The notes under the pieces were generated by a model. It was given only the letters and a program-made list of their open reading frames with translations, ran no database searches and was not told where the DNA came from. Shown here one piece after another: positions 25,240 to 37,980 of a DNA stretch of 64,000 nucleotides. The stretch is taken from assembly GCA_965644295.1 (NCBI GenBank), contig CBFFRP010000437.1, positions 23,107 through 87,106 on the forward strand, in the 5' to 3' direction. Source of the stretch: Paraphysomonas bandaiensis (Eukaryota; Protista; Chrysophyceae). Position 1 is the stretch's first letter. The number at the start of each line of letters is the position of its first letter. The translations under genes were made by a program, and so were the position numbers.

Positions 25240-28200
25240 TCAAAAACCCATATCTGTGAGCATATCGTGGCCGCGCATCTGTGACATAATGTCGGAAACA
25301 AGAGCACGCTTGCGCAGCTTCTCGATAAAATCCTGCCACGACCTTTTCTGAGAGATATCTTCCAGAGAATTAATAGTTGCCACAAGCCTAACACAAGAGC
25401 GGATTTGTTCCATGGAACGCTCAGCCTCTGGACCAGCGGCGGCTGATGTACCTGTGTCCTTCGGTATATTTTTCTCTATCGCCCTTTCCAAAGCCCTCTC
25501 GAGATCATCCACCACACACAGGACCGCCCCAGGATGGCAACCGCATAGCTTACACAATACCTACGTGAAAACAAGTTTAGTACACGCATACCGCACACGC
25601 AATCTAACCTGGTGGCACTGAAGGTTCGTATCGTCCTTGTTGTCGGTAAGCATTGATGTGATTTGGGAAGCCAGAGAAGTAGCGTCCATTGCATCTGGCT
25701 TAACAAACAAAATAGTTTCACAACATGTCAGTGCCGCTTTCCGAAGGGGAAGAGCATCATCGACCTTACCGCACAAATGAGACTAGACAGGGTAGAGAGT
25801 ACTTTTACCTTGTGCTTGAAAGGTCCAAGGTCCACTACTCTTTCACGCTTAAGAGATAGCGTCTTAAGGATATGAGGCACAACATCTTTCTCGAGAGAGT
25901 CTGCTACCAGTGCCGGATTGTAATGCACTGCAGCGTTGATCATATGTGTCGACGCACGGCACACTTCTATGTCATCGTCTCCAAGAAGAGCCAGAAATGG
26001 TTGCACAACTAATGGTGATGTGAAATCTGCACCGTTGTAGCGAGTAAAATAATACCGCATTGAGGTAGCAACGGTCCACAACACTGTTTTGTTCTCTCCA
26101 TCAGCCTCTATATATTGATGTAAAAGCGGAAGAACTGTGTCGGGATGCATAACTGCGAGAGCCCCGAAGCATTCCGCAACCATGTTCCTCACACCCTCTT
26201 CCTCGCTGACCGCAAGACTCTGCATACCTGGCAGCACACTATCCAGATAAGGACTGAAATTAAGGCCATTTTGAACATGTACTATAATTGTCTCTTTCAG
26301 CGCAGCAAGGAGAAGATATTGATGTTTATTACTGTCAATAGCCTGTAAAATAATAGGCAAAAAAGTATCCATGCTTCCCACAGCTAAGTGGCCAAGTGCA
26401 AACGCTGTTGCCGCTTTAATATCCTCAGATCCTGTTTCGAAGCAGTCCAGAATTTGTTCTTTGAGGTTATCAGTCCCACCTGCTGCTGATAAATCAATTT
26501 TCTGACCCAAATGCCCAATACAAAGCAAGGCAAGATGCTTTCTGGCTTCATCCCCCCTCCAAAGATCAGAGAGCAAACCAGAGACCGCATCTTGCTGAAC
26601 ATCAGCAGGAGCTGAAAGACATATTCCAGCCAGGCACTGGGCAAGGATGTTAATACTCTGCTTCGGCAAGAGTACAGACAACTGTGAATCCCTCTGCTGG
26701 CCATTGCATGATGTGTCGGAAGCCACTGTTAGTCGAGATAAAAGTCGTTCTCTGAGACTTCTAAATGACAAATTAGGCACACCACTGGAAACGAAACTCT
26801 GAAGCAAAGCAATGAGCGAGTTCTGGGCAGCTCCTTGCATTAATGGAGAAGACGCTAGCGATATGACTCGGGGTAGAATTACTTCGCACATAGTAGTAGC
26901 AGTAGTGGAATCTTCGTGATAAAGATTCAGCACCCCACAAGTAACCTTCAGACTGAGGTCGGTTATACTAAGGTCGGAATCATTAATCAGCAGAGATACT
27001 TCGTGGAGTACAGAGCATATAGTCTCCGAAGGGATTGCTCCACTTTGAGAAGCCGACGATTTCATTATCGCATCTAGAGCCTGGAGAGATGTCTGCTTCA
27101 GAATGCGGCTTTGCTGACGCAGAAAGGTAGCAACATCGGCAGCTATACGAGACAGCATAGGTGCTACATCAAGTTGAAGCTCCGACATGGCCACGAATGA
27201 CAGTGCTTTCAAGGCCGGAATACGAGTTACTTCATTATCCAACCGTTTGTGCAGATGACCCATGAGGATAGCTCGTTCACTTGGTGCCAAGCAGTCTCCT
27301 AACCTGGACAAAAGTTGACCTGCACAGTGGATAGCCTCTTCCTTTATTTCATGGTCAATGTCAGGGGCCTCCAAACGGGGCAAAACAGCAGAATAAATTG
27401 CCTCAACATGAGCACTGGAATCAACTTGAGTTGGCTCTGAAACTTCCATCTTCGCAAATTCTATATCTGCACTACTTGGGCGGCACGTGGTGATAATATC
27501 ACCAATAACTCTCAGGGCCGCAGACGTAACCTTGTACCAGTCGTCTTGTACCGCATTCACCACTATCGGCAGTACAGAAGTAACAAATGGCTGCATCGCT
27601 CCAGCGTCATGACGATTAAACACGATGTGAAGGAACACCAACGCATCATACTTCACATTCTGTATCTATATTAGAATACGTTCATAAGTGCTCGTGCCCC
27701 TACACATACCTCATTTCTCTCTGTTGCAAGCATCTTTACCACATCTCGTAGTAGGCTCTTGATGTGCTCTTCCATAGATCCCTGTAACGATGATAAAACT
27801 AAAGCAACGAACCTATATAAATTACACCTTTAGCACTCTCACAAATACTCCCAGTAAATGGAAAACCGCGGATTTACTCTTGAGCGAAGAACCATTGAGC
27901 TGCTTTTTGCAAAGATTGATGACGATACTCGCTTTAGATAAAAGAAAGTTAGAAATGTCGGAGTTTATTTCGCGCTCTTTCGAGGGAGAAATAGCATCTC
28001 CGGATGCTGAACGTGTGCGGGTGACAGGGATCGTTCCCGAAGTTCTAGAGCGGTGAGTAGATAGACTGGGTGTTGGAACAAATTCAACACCTCCCACAGG
28101 TGCCCGACTAAGTGTGGCCTGAAGCAAGGATGTGAAGCACGCAAATATCTCCAAGCGCACACTTTCTTCCCTTTCCTTGAACCTTGACACAAGGTCGTCA

Positions 28201-29348
28201 GCCACTTTCACATACACATCTGGCTCCAGAATTTCTGCTCTGGCAGATATAATCGCACTGACCACTCGAATGGCCGCTTTTCGCACCTTCCAAGAAGTAT
28301 CGTCATCATCAGATCCCTCATAGTCATCATCTTCGTAGTCATCCTCGTCAAATTCCCCTTCTTCCTCCACATCTCTGACTTCTTCATCACTATCATAGCA
28401 GTAATTGGGGTCGAAAGTCATGAATTCGAGTGACTTTGACAGTACATTATGTACATGAGGGGCAATCTCTTTCGGACAACGAAGAACAAATGATTCTAGT
28501 CCAGGGAAGCAGTGCTCACGAAGATCATTAGCTGCTTCAGTGTAGCCATCCACCCCCTCGATATCACCGCAGCACCGTAGAAACAGGGGCACGAGGTCGT
28601 CAAGGCTTTTCCCGAGTCTATACCCCACAGTGCGAGATACTGTACCGATAGTCTGAATTAGAGTGCGCAAATCGTCAGAGGAGGGAAATTTTTGCTTGTT
28701 CAGTTCCTTGATACGACGCAAAAGGTCATCTACTAAGCGGAAAAGGAGTGGGTCAGTTGCAACCACGGCGAGTGCACCCAGACAAACAGATGCGCGCTTT
28801 CGGATAACCGACTTCGAATGCTCCAGGCATACGACAATGACAGCCAGTATGCTTTCATGTTCTCGCCTCATTAAGTGACCAAAACGTCTCAATAAATCTG
28901 TCATGTCATCGAGACACTCGCGCTTAACATCGTCATTAGACGATCCGATCCCATTGGTTAAGTTTGATGTAAGTTTACTCACCACCAACTCACCCATAGC
29001 ATCCGGAACATCCGATATAAGAGTCTTTAAGCCAATCGAATATATATCTCGTAATTCATTTTGTCCCTGTAGCACAAGACTGCATAGCTTGGCACATATT
29101 TCCCCCACTTGATTCTGCTGTACTTTCTTTAGTAGTGTCCCCAAACACTTCACTGCAACAGACTGTACGTCATTAGACTTATCATCTAGTTGTTTGAGTA
29201 CTGCGGCACATATCTGCCTCTCAGTCATGTCATCTATCTTTATATCAGTGGCTAATAAGCCGCATAAGTCACTAGTTGCCATATATCTCTCATCCTTATC
29301 GTAGTGACTAGTTTTCTCCAGCAACACATTTAACGTACTTGTTGACAT
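25240..29348 (-). CDS. CAND1: Cullin-associated NEDD8-dissociated protein 1 (HEAT repeats), multi-exon
   Basis: LLEKTSHYDKDERYMATSDL, LDDKSNDVQSVAVKCL, DDDDTSWKVRKAA, RFKEREESVRLEIF, EEGVRNMVAECFG, VDLGPFKHKVDDALPLRKAA. Four short introns. Confidence 0.97.
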
Positions 29349-29814
29349 GTTTCTCGAGACAATAATCTCCTAAAGGACTATAAGTCAAGCGATTAGTGTA
29401 ATGTTATTATACTGAGGATGATATACGTATGGTACAGCTATATTCCATATTTCATGCTTTGGATGCATTTTGTATATACTGTAGGATAGTACGTGTAGAG
29501 GAGTATTCTGGGATATTCCAGACTGCACTTGATTTCGACTGAAATTACAGACAAAATTCCACTCAGATTCAAAAATTGGTGCATTTATAGGTAGACCTAC
29601 ACCATAGAATGTGGAGTTTTCTTCATTTCAATGGCCCATTTTATTGTGCTCGCTCCAGCATGTCAGACTCTGTACAATGACATTTCAATGTGAGGGTCCT
29701 GCGGTTAACAGCTCACTTTGTTTTTCTCCTCACCATGCACTTTACATAGCCACAGCACACACCTGGATTCGGGAACTATTTTGATATTGGAGAGGTGCTA
29801 TTATCCACAGTAAC

Positions 29815-32400
29815 ATGCATATTACGTTGTTTTTTCTACTATGTATAGCTCTGTCAGGAGCCCACACAGACCATAACTCTACCGGTCTAATATTCAACTT
29901 AGAAGTAAAGAATTCTGATGTGGTTAATGGAAGAGTTGTGAGACGATATCTGAGTGCTGAGTCACCGGACGCTCCGCTCTACAGAGGATTTGGGACTCAT
30001 TTTGTGTATATATGGGTTGGCACCCCACCCCAGAGAGTGTCTGTGATCGTTGATACGGGGAGCCACCACACTGCCTTCCCTTGTAAAGGCTGTTCCAACT
30101 GTGGCAAGCATACCAATCAATATTTTGATCCTGGGTTGTCGAAGTCTGCCGTCATCTCTAGATGTGGAAGCCAAAAATGTTTGTTTTCTCAGAGCTATAC
30201 TGAAGGCAGCTCGTGGAAAGCTTACAAAATTAAAGATACAGTTTGGATCGGTGGTGAAAAAGTTGATATGTTAGATAATGATAACTTACCAAATTGGAAT
30301 GTGACTTTTACATTTGGATGTCAGTCGAGTGAAACTGGTCTCTTCCGAACGCAACTGGAAAACGGAATCATGGGGATGTCTGCTGACCCCAACACTCTTC
30401 CTTACGCTCTCGTTGCACACAAAATCATCAAGACTAATGTATTTTCTCTTTGTTTCCTACACACTGGTGGTACAATGGCCATTGGCGCAACTAATGCGAA
30501 ACTTAATAAACACGAGATGCAATATGCTGCAATGCTAAAGAAGTCGGGGTACTTCACCGTCTTTGTCGAAGGAGTGTTTCTCAGGAAGCCAGGGGATGAG
30601 AAGCTCCAGGGTATAGGCGAATCGAAGACCAAATACAACACTGGGAAAGGTATTATTGTGGACAGTGGAACCACTGACTCCTATCTTCCATCCTCTATTG
30701 CTTCCTCATTTATGCGACTTTTCCGTAGCATTTCTGGAATCACCTACTCGAACTCCGCAATGTCACTAACTTCGGATCAAATCAAACGCTTACCAGTAAT
30801 TGTCTACCGTCTTCGAAGTTCAGAGTCATTTGATAAGTTTATCGAGGTAGAGTTCCCGCCTAAGAATTATGTAGAACCTGTACCCGGACAGCATGGACGG
30901 TACGTCATAAGATTATATCTGCACGAGCGATCAGGTGGGGTAATCGGTGCAAATATGATGATTGGACACAATGTCGTGTTTGACCAACACAATATGCGGG
31001 TCGGGTTCGCCAAGTCAGATTGTTTGGTGCAGAATAGTGGAATGCACGCTGGGGTTACGAAACCGTCGAAAATTCACCGTAGGTTACAGTTGCCTGTTCG
31101 CCCACCTAAGGGAAACAACAACCCTAGTACTCGTACTATCGTGCAGAACACTATTGATAAGTATGGGGCATGTGCTAGACCGTCTGGACCATGTAACGCC
31201 ATATGTGCCAGGTGATTTCTTTTTTCCATGTATATTTAATTCTAGCGAAGATTATTAACTCAACCGTGTAAACAGAGGCCCAAAGTCAACCACAGCGAAG
31301 GTCACATATCCTGGGACAGGATTTTATGCTCATGGTTTCCAGGTGTACACAATAAACCAATCATGCTTATTATCTCAGAATATTAAAGCGGTAACGAATA
31401 ACCAACAGCTAAAAGCATGCCGAATTCCTTGTACTGCAACGAGTAAACCTCACATCACTGGCGATCCTCTGTGTCCTACCACTGTGTGGGGTGACTGCAG
31501 GTCTGATTGCACTCAAGAGCGTATCGTCGGGCGGGCTCTACATGTTACAAATAACTGTACTAAACATGTAGAGAAGCGAAGCTGTCGCTCGAAGCTATGC
31601 ACTTTTGATCACTTTAAGGAGTGCACTTATGTAGCCAGTGTAACGATCCCATCCTTCGATTTGCGTATATGGTCTAAAGTGTGGAAAGAGGAAATGATTT
31701 CTGCTATGGCGAAAGTATTGAAGGTGGATCCTGGAGTAGTGGATATACCGTTTCATCCTCAACGCACAATGGATATGTCTGTGCAAATCATTTTTCATAT
31801 ACGTTTATACGTGAATAAGAGTCAGCCTTCTGAAAAGTCGAGGGCTACTCCCACCACACTCTGCCAATCCATACCGATGTTAGATCAAGTGTCGCGAGGA
31901 AACACCGTTGAGATTGTCAATGAATTTCTCGCAAACTTGTATAGCCTGGAATCCCCTGCATGGTGAGAACAGTCAACTGTGTTGTCATGTGTCTAATAAT
32001 GTTGTGTACAGTGGCGATTGGAAATGGCTCAAAGGTGATATTATAACGATACAAACACATACACCACTCACCTCTTCAGTTAATAAATTAGGTAGATTAC
32101 GTACATTATGTGGTGTGCATTTTTCACGCTATTGTATTTTATGCAGAGTCTCAGCTAGCGATGAGTGCTCGGCACCGGAAGAGAAGTCCTAGTAAAGTGG
32201 GATTGAATAAAAGCAAATCTCTTGCGGTAAATATGTGGAGTAGCGATTCCTTTATAGCCATGGTTGTTGTAGCAGGTATTTTGGTGACTACTCTCATTTT
32301 GTTCGCCGTGTATTCGTCTCGACAGAATGAAATGCGCCGACGAATCGAAGCACCTCGCCGACAAATATCTGTTCCAGTTTTACAAGCTAGAAGAAGATAG
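29815..32400 (+). CDS. A1 (pepsin-family) aspartic protease, plasmepsin V/ASP5-like, with Cys-rich/TSP1-like region and C-terminal TM helix; multi-exon
   Basis: Signal peptide. Catalytic VIVDTGS and IIVDSGTT, SYTEGSSW flap, FGCQSSETGLFRTQ, IGANMM..HNVVFD. Downstream exons encode CPTTVWGDCRSDCTQER..RSC and TM FIAMVVVAGILVTTLILFAVY. Confidence 0.9.
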
Positions 32401-32760
32401 AGTTTATGCTATTGTGCAGCTAATTGTGCTTGCGTAATAATTCGGTGTGCTCAGCGCTCATCTTTTTAAATAGTGTTGTTTAGTGCCTTGCCTATAAATA
32501 ACTATATATTTCAATTGATGTTACTGGGGCTGATTCTATTAGAATATGGATCTTATTCTAGTATATTCAGTATGTCACTTGAAGACAATGTACGAGAATA
32601 CAGTGAAATATAGTGATGTACAAATGCTGTGATGATATTGAGAAACTGAAATAGTTTGATCTTTCAAGATATGTTCAGTAACGAGAGGTTCGCATATGTA
32701 GGATATTATGCAGGGATTATAATGAGTTAGTGTTGGTTATCACAACTTTGTGAAAACGAT

Positions 32761-33952
32761 TGGTTTTAACCACACTCAAAAACCACACTCACCATCACAG
32801 CACAAAAAACACTGTTGTTATGTACGGAAAAAACGTAACAGTCAATTCAGACTCGACTCAAATGAAGTATGTGAATATGGCAGCAGCGGCCAACACTCCC
32901 AGTGACCCAATCACAGGGCAAAATGATGTGCAGGTAACTTCATTATATTCGACTCATTCTTATACTTAGAGATGTCTTCAAAGCAGAGCAGATTCAATAC
33001 AAAAGAGCGCACAGAGAAGGCTGCACGGCAAGCCAAAATAGGGGCTGAGTCGAAGAAGCTTAAAAAACAGTGGAAGCGGATTGGTTTGAGACATAAATCG
33101 TTTCATCTGTTCACTGTGAGTAAGATATAACAAGATGTGTGCTATTTGGATTCGTATTTATGGCAAACAATTCGTGTTTACCGGTGTCTAGAAGAAGGTC
33201 CTTCCACTGTGTTCAGATCTGGAATAATACCGAAAAGAGTTCAGAAGAAATTATCCTACGATTTCGTCGTTTGGCATACTATTTGCCGAAACATTCACTG
33301 CCAACTTTATGTTTGACAAACTCTACTCTGAAGATGTCTCCTTGAAGTTTAAGAGTATTCTTAGAGGTATTATTAATCCGAAGCAGTTTCCTGCGTTGAC
33401 ACGACTGGTGCAGCACGGAGTAGATATGTGGGGAAAATAGAATGGGTATAGAAGAAAAGAAAGAAGCATATAGTTGTGCACGCTCATAGGAAAGATGGGA
33501 AGCAACACACAGTATTAAGTAATGCGTACACGAGGCGGACAACCAAGGCCTTGACATCATATATGTATTCCTGTGCGTGATGACTATTCCAAGCTGTTTT
33601 TTACGCCTATGACAAATACACAAGCAAATCAAACAGAGGGTATGACCACACAGGGATGGTGGTAATGGGCGTTTGGGTGAGGCGGGAAAAAGCATAATTC
33701 GTTTATGTTTGGTTGTATAATAGAAAACACTGTCAACGCATATCGTCATATAATGAATGTCAATTCCGAAGATTTTGAGTACTTTAGTTATATTGCCAAA
33801 CACTAGCAAACGATTTGTATGTGCATGCAAGCACACTCTCTGATAGTACTATTCAGTAGAGTAATACAATAAATTTAATTGATTTGGACGTAAATATATT
33901 ACTTCTTATAAGTGTGGTTACTGACTGTGGTTAATGAGTGTGGTTAAGACCA
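32761..33952. mobile_element. 1.19-kb unclassified TIR element with a 3-bp flanking duplication
   Basis: TGGTTTTAACCACACTCA... / ...TGAGTGTGGTTAAGACCA, with subterminal AACCACA repeats. GAT at 32758-32760 and at 33953-33955. Confidence 0.6.
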
Positions 33953-34010
33953 GATATTAATAAAAATCTATCTAGTCTTACGACAAATTCTCTCTGTGAT
34001 TTAGCTGAAA

Positions 34011-35400
34011 ATGAGCAATTGTCAATATGGTAGCGAGCGAGGAGGAGAGAAGGAGGATAGAGGAGTAGTGCCACAGTTTAATGAGAACAATGTTGAACAA
34101 TGGATTGAAGGCTTCGAAACGTTCCTCATGAGGAAAGAGCAAAGTGAGGTAGCGGTGGAGCCACCACCGAAGGAAAACGTTAATGGAGGAGAAGTCTTAC
34201 AGACCGGCTGTGAAAAAGTACTGGAAGGCGAATGCCATAGCGTATTCGTACTGCAGAGAGGCAGTGCAAACATCTTCGAAGGCGCTTCAGAAATTCCATC
34301 TTCTACATAAAGGGTTCAAGGCTGATGGAAAAGGAAGCAACAGGTTTAAGCAAGGCGCATATTATGATTGATGAGTTGAAGAAGTGCTTTGCTGGAGGGA
34401 AGCAGAACAAGATCAGTGAGCTGTTGACTCAGTATGGCTCTTTCCGTATGCGTCCGGAGGAGACTGCGAAGAAGGACTATATATTACAGTTTGAAATACT
34501 GCTGAAAGAGCTACAGGAGCAGCAGCAGGACATATCGGAGCTCTCAAAAATAACACGGTTATTACGAGAAGGTCTATTAAATGAGGAATATGCTCCTTTG
34601 AATGTTGCTGTGTACTTGATGCCTGATGATGTTGATTATGCAACATTATCAAGGAATATAGAACGGTATGATGATACCATTCCTGTAAGGATTGCGTTAG
34701 AGAGCGGAAACGCAAGAAGGTGGAGGAGCTGAATTTCATTGAAAAGAGCAAACGGTCTCGAACAGAACGGGATAAGCGTAAGAAGGGCAATTGTAGATAT
34801 TGCAGGAAAGAAGGAATCCCTCATAGCCATTCAACTGAACAGTGCAGGAGGAAGCAGAGGAAGAAGGATGGAGAGATATCAGGGCAGCGTCCTGGAAGTG
34901 CTGAGTATACGGGATGCAGAAATTGCAAGTCTCTGGAACATCTTGCTGCTGATTGTCCAACGACGAAGAAAAAGCATTCTAGAAGAATCATGGTAGGAAG
35001 CTGCTGACAGTAGAGAATATACGGCGCGTGGAGAACCGGCAGATTTCTCTGATGAAGATAAAGCTAATAATATGATCGAGGATGTTATGAAATTGTCATG
35101 CAATATACATGAAACGAATATATGTAGTGTAAATGATGACATGCATTATACATATATTGACACCTGCTGTTCATCATCGATGTTCTTGATGAATGATGCG
35201 ACAATGCTTGATACTCATATATGAATACATCAAAGGTGATAAAAACGGCTCTAAGAAGGGATCAGAGATTCATGGTTCCCGTGGAGCATGGAGAGACATA
35301 GAAATTTCAGATCAGATCAATCGATGCCTGTGCTCCGGACGTAAGTTGAACGAAATGGGCTATCGATACACGGTGTGGTATGGGATCCAAATTATGACTG
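34011..35400 (+). mobile_element. Degenerate Ty1/Copia-like gag-protease remnant
   Basis: Frameshifted gag-like segments (PQFNENNVEQW, DYILQFEILLKEL, LLREGL..EYAPL). Zinc knuckle CRNCKSLEHLAADC (CX2CX4HX4C). Protease-like HIDTCCSSSM at ~35155. Confidence 0.7.
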
Positions 35401-35529
35401 TAATTATGAAGAAACTATGAACCTTGAAGAATTCATCAAGGCTATATGCTGCTTGTCTTATAGGAATGACACACGCTGGAACTCTGTCCATCATTCATGG
35501 AAGCGGTATTTGTTACTTATTACTTACTC

Positions 35530-36125
35530 CTGTGTTGACTTGTGATAATTTCAATGACGATGTTACGGACATCGTAACTACCTTTTGTACCACAGCACCG
35601 ACGGATCGCGCAAGTAACATCAAACCTTCTTGCTATAAGTGCAACGAAGTCGCATTGATGCTGCAGAAATCGTCTGTGGATCATTATGATGTTGTGCGTA
35701 GGATGTTCGACAAACTTATTGAAAACTTTCCTGATATGGAACAGTATCTTGGTGCTAATGTTACCATTACAACTGACCCAATATTCGAGAGAAGCCAACT
35801 GGAGAATACTCTGACTGTTGCAGATGCTAAAACCGTTAAGGTCTATCTCCTTGCGGCTCATAAGGATGACGATAGCAGTGGCGATGATGAAACGGGGAAA
35901 ACACGAGGATTTGCTGTGGATATAGTGAGAGAAGCTGTGGCAAAAGAGGCAAAGAACATCAGGAGAGCCACTAAATATCGCTCCATGATGAATCATTTGG
36001 TGACGACTTCCAATATTGTTGCGCGATTATTTAGCAGAGCAAATCTATTTATGAGAGACCAGCGCAAGCTAATGGAACCCCAGCATATCGAGCAGTACTC
36101 TTTTTGAGCTGCAATAAATTCTTCT
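35530..36125 (+). mobile_element. hAT transposase C-terminal remnant
   Basis: TTSNIVARLFSRANLFMRDQRKLMEP resembles the hAT dimerization motif (TS..ERLFS...R..L.P). Confidence 0.7.
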
Positions 36126-36637
36126 GGAACGAAGTTACCATTGATGATATTATAGTTGCTGATGATGTTTAAGAATATTGTTCGCATTAGCTAATAACTG
36201 ACCTGTAACATGGGAACGAACTGCTCATCATTGCTGTTAAATATAGCTAGTACTTAGTCTATATAAACACTTTCCATTTACTTTTTTCCAAAGCAATGAA
36301 GCAATAGTAATCAAACCATTATAATGGTCCATTCATGGTTATACGCAAGCCTGAGGGGTAGAGGAAACTTTTTGTGATGCCTGCAACTTTTAAATCAACA
36401 TCTCTCTACTACATTCATTGATATTCGCTATAAAAGTAGAGTTTAGCTGTTTGTGAAATTATAAGCTGTATTATTTCGTCAACATTAGTCACATACATAT
36501 GGAAGGTGAAGAAGTAACTTAGATATGAAAATATATATCTCATATATTCATTGCTATATTCGCTATATATCTCTCATCATTTATTGCTATTCGCTATAAT
36601 TATATTCTTTCAACCAGGAAAACGGAAGAATACGTTG

Positions 36638-36760
36638 GAATACTACTATTGTTAGAATGTTCCATCAATAGTAGTATTGATAGATTTTTTAAACCGGCCC
36701 AATAATACTATTTTGCAATATTATATTGGTATTTAATCCGTAAGTATAGACATCCGTAGA
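36638..36760. repeat. hAT family A subterminal fragment
   Basis: AATACTA..TTGTTAGA..GTTCCATCAATAGT..TTTTTAAACCGGCCC..ACATCCGTAG matches 41285-41430 and 3772-3885. Confidence 0.7.
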
Positions 36761-37139
36761 GAATTCAATTATTACAGTTCGTTCACTCATAAGTAGCTGC
36801 TCCTAATATCAGCAAATATATTTCTAGAACTAGACATAAGTCTTAAAAAGTAAGCATATGCACTGAAAGCTTACGTCACAAAGATATATGAGACATAGTT
36901 TTACCTAGTAGCCGGTTTACTATACCGTTAAGACAAGTGAAAGTGACCAGCACAAATTTCGCGAATTTTACACTAACAAAATATGGCTCTAATCCATATC
37001 ACAATTCCTGTGAATAGTGAAGTGTACAGCGACCTCAGATGGGTTCTGTATATCTTCCATTTCTTTGTCAGAAATAAACTTAGGGTTATTTGCTAGTATA
37101 TTCTCTCTGATGTCATCGTCAGGTAGAGTTACATTATTG

Positions 37140-37980
37140 TCATATACTCACCACCCAACAAATTATCCTGTCTGAGCCAGATGTTCATACAATCATGCGC
37201 ATGTCTAACCAAAGAATCCAGTTCATGTCTCTACCAGAAAAGTACCTTCGTCCAATGCTATTCTTGATGTTTGCCCAGTAGAGTTCTATCGGTTGGAAAT
37301 AGGTGGGGTAAAAATCACTTCCAAACAAAGCACTGCAAAACGACATTCTACCCAACAAGTCAGCAAGTCGCAAAGATGTCGTCAGCCTCTTGAAGCTCCC
37401 TGAGAGATGGACCTGCTGGAGAATTTCGAAACCCTCCATGCCTAGGCACTTCAAACTGAAGCAGCGTGCCATTCCTGTTAACAGTAATATGGGACCCCCT
37501 CCAGGCAGACACTTGCGCAGCAGCGTACACTCACTCTTGCTGAGACGATAAGGGTTAATCATGCCTCCCATATGGTAGGGGGCATTGTCCAATACTAGAA
37601 TGCAAGGGGTACCAGGATACTTTTTCTTCCACTTTGGAACAAAGTAACAGTGAATTCATTTCTCAAACGACTCGAAATTCATGGCAGTGTGTATAGAGGA
37701 AGGACCACAACGTAGACCGTAATTTATCTTTTTTATTTTCTAATTGCCAACGAATTGCATCGACAACTATCAAACGATCTCCCTTAGACGACTTTGTTTC
37801 TTGCCGTTTTACACCTTGGGGTCTTCCTGCTATGTTATCTCAACAACCATGTAATGTCTCATCCATGTATGCAATGCAGGCACCCGCTTGTTTTTCTTTT
37901 TTGATTGCATTTGTAGAGACGCTAATAAGTTGAGTGATGAACAAACCTGGAAAAGCGCTTTAAACCTGGTGAAATTTTGA
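37140..37980 (-). mobile_element. Degenerate Tc1/mariner-IS630-like DDE transposase remnant
   Basis: LVLDNAPYH and YPTYFQPIELYWANIKN motifs (DN..YH and P....PIE..W..K), interrupted by stops and frameshifts. Confidence 0.7.

Noticed and set aside
32700-34010. LTR and primer-binding site for the Copia remnant
   Set aside because: No second LTR copy, and no convincing tRNA-complementary PBS could be identified.
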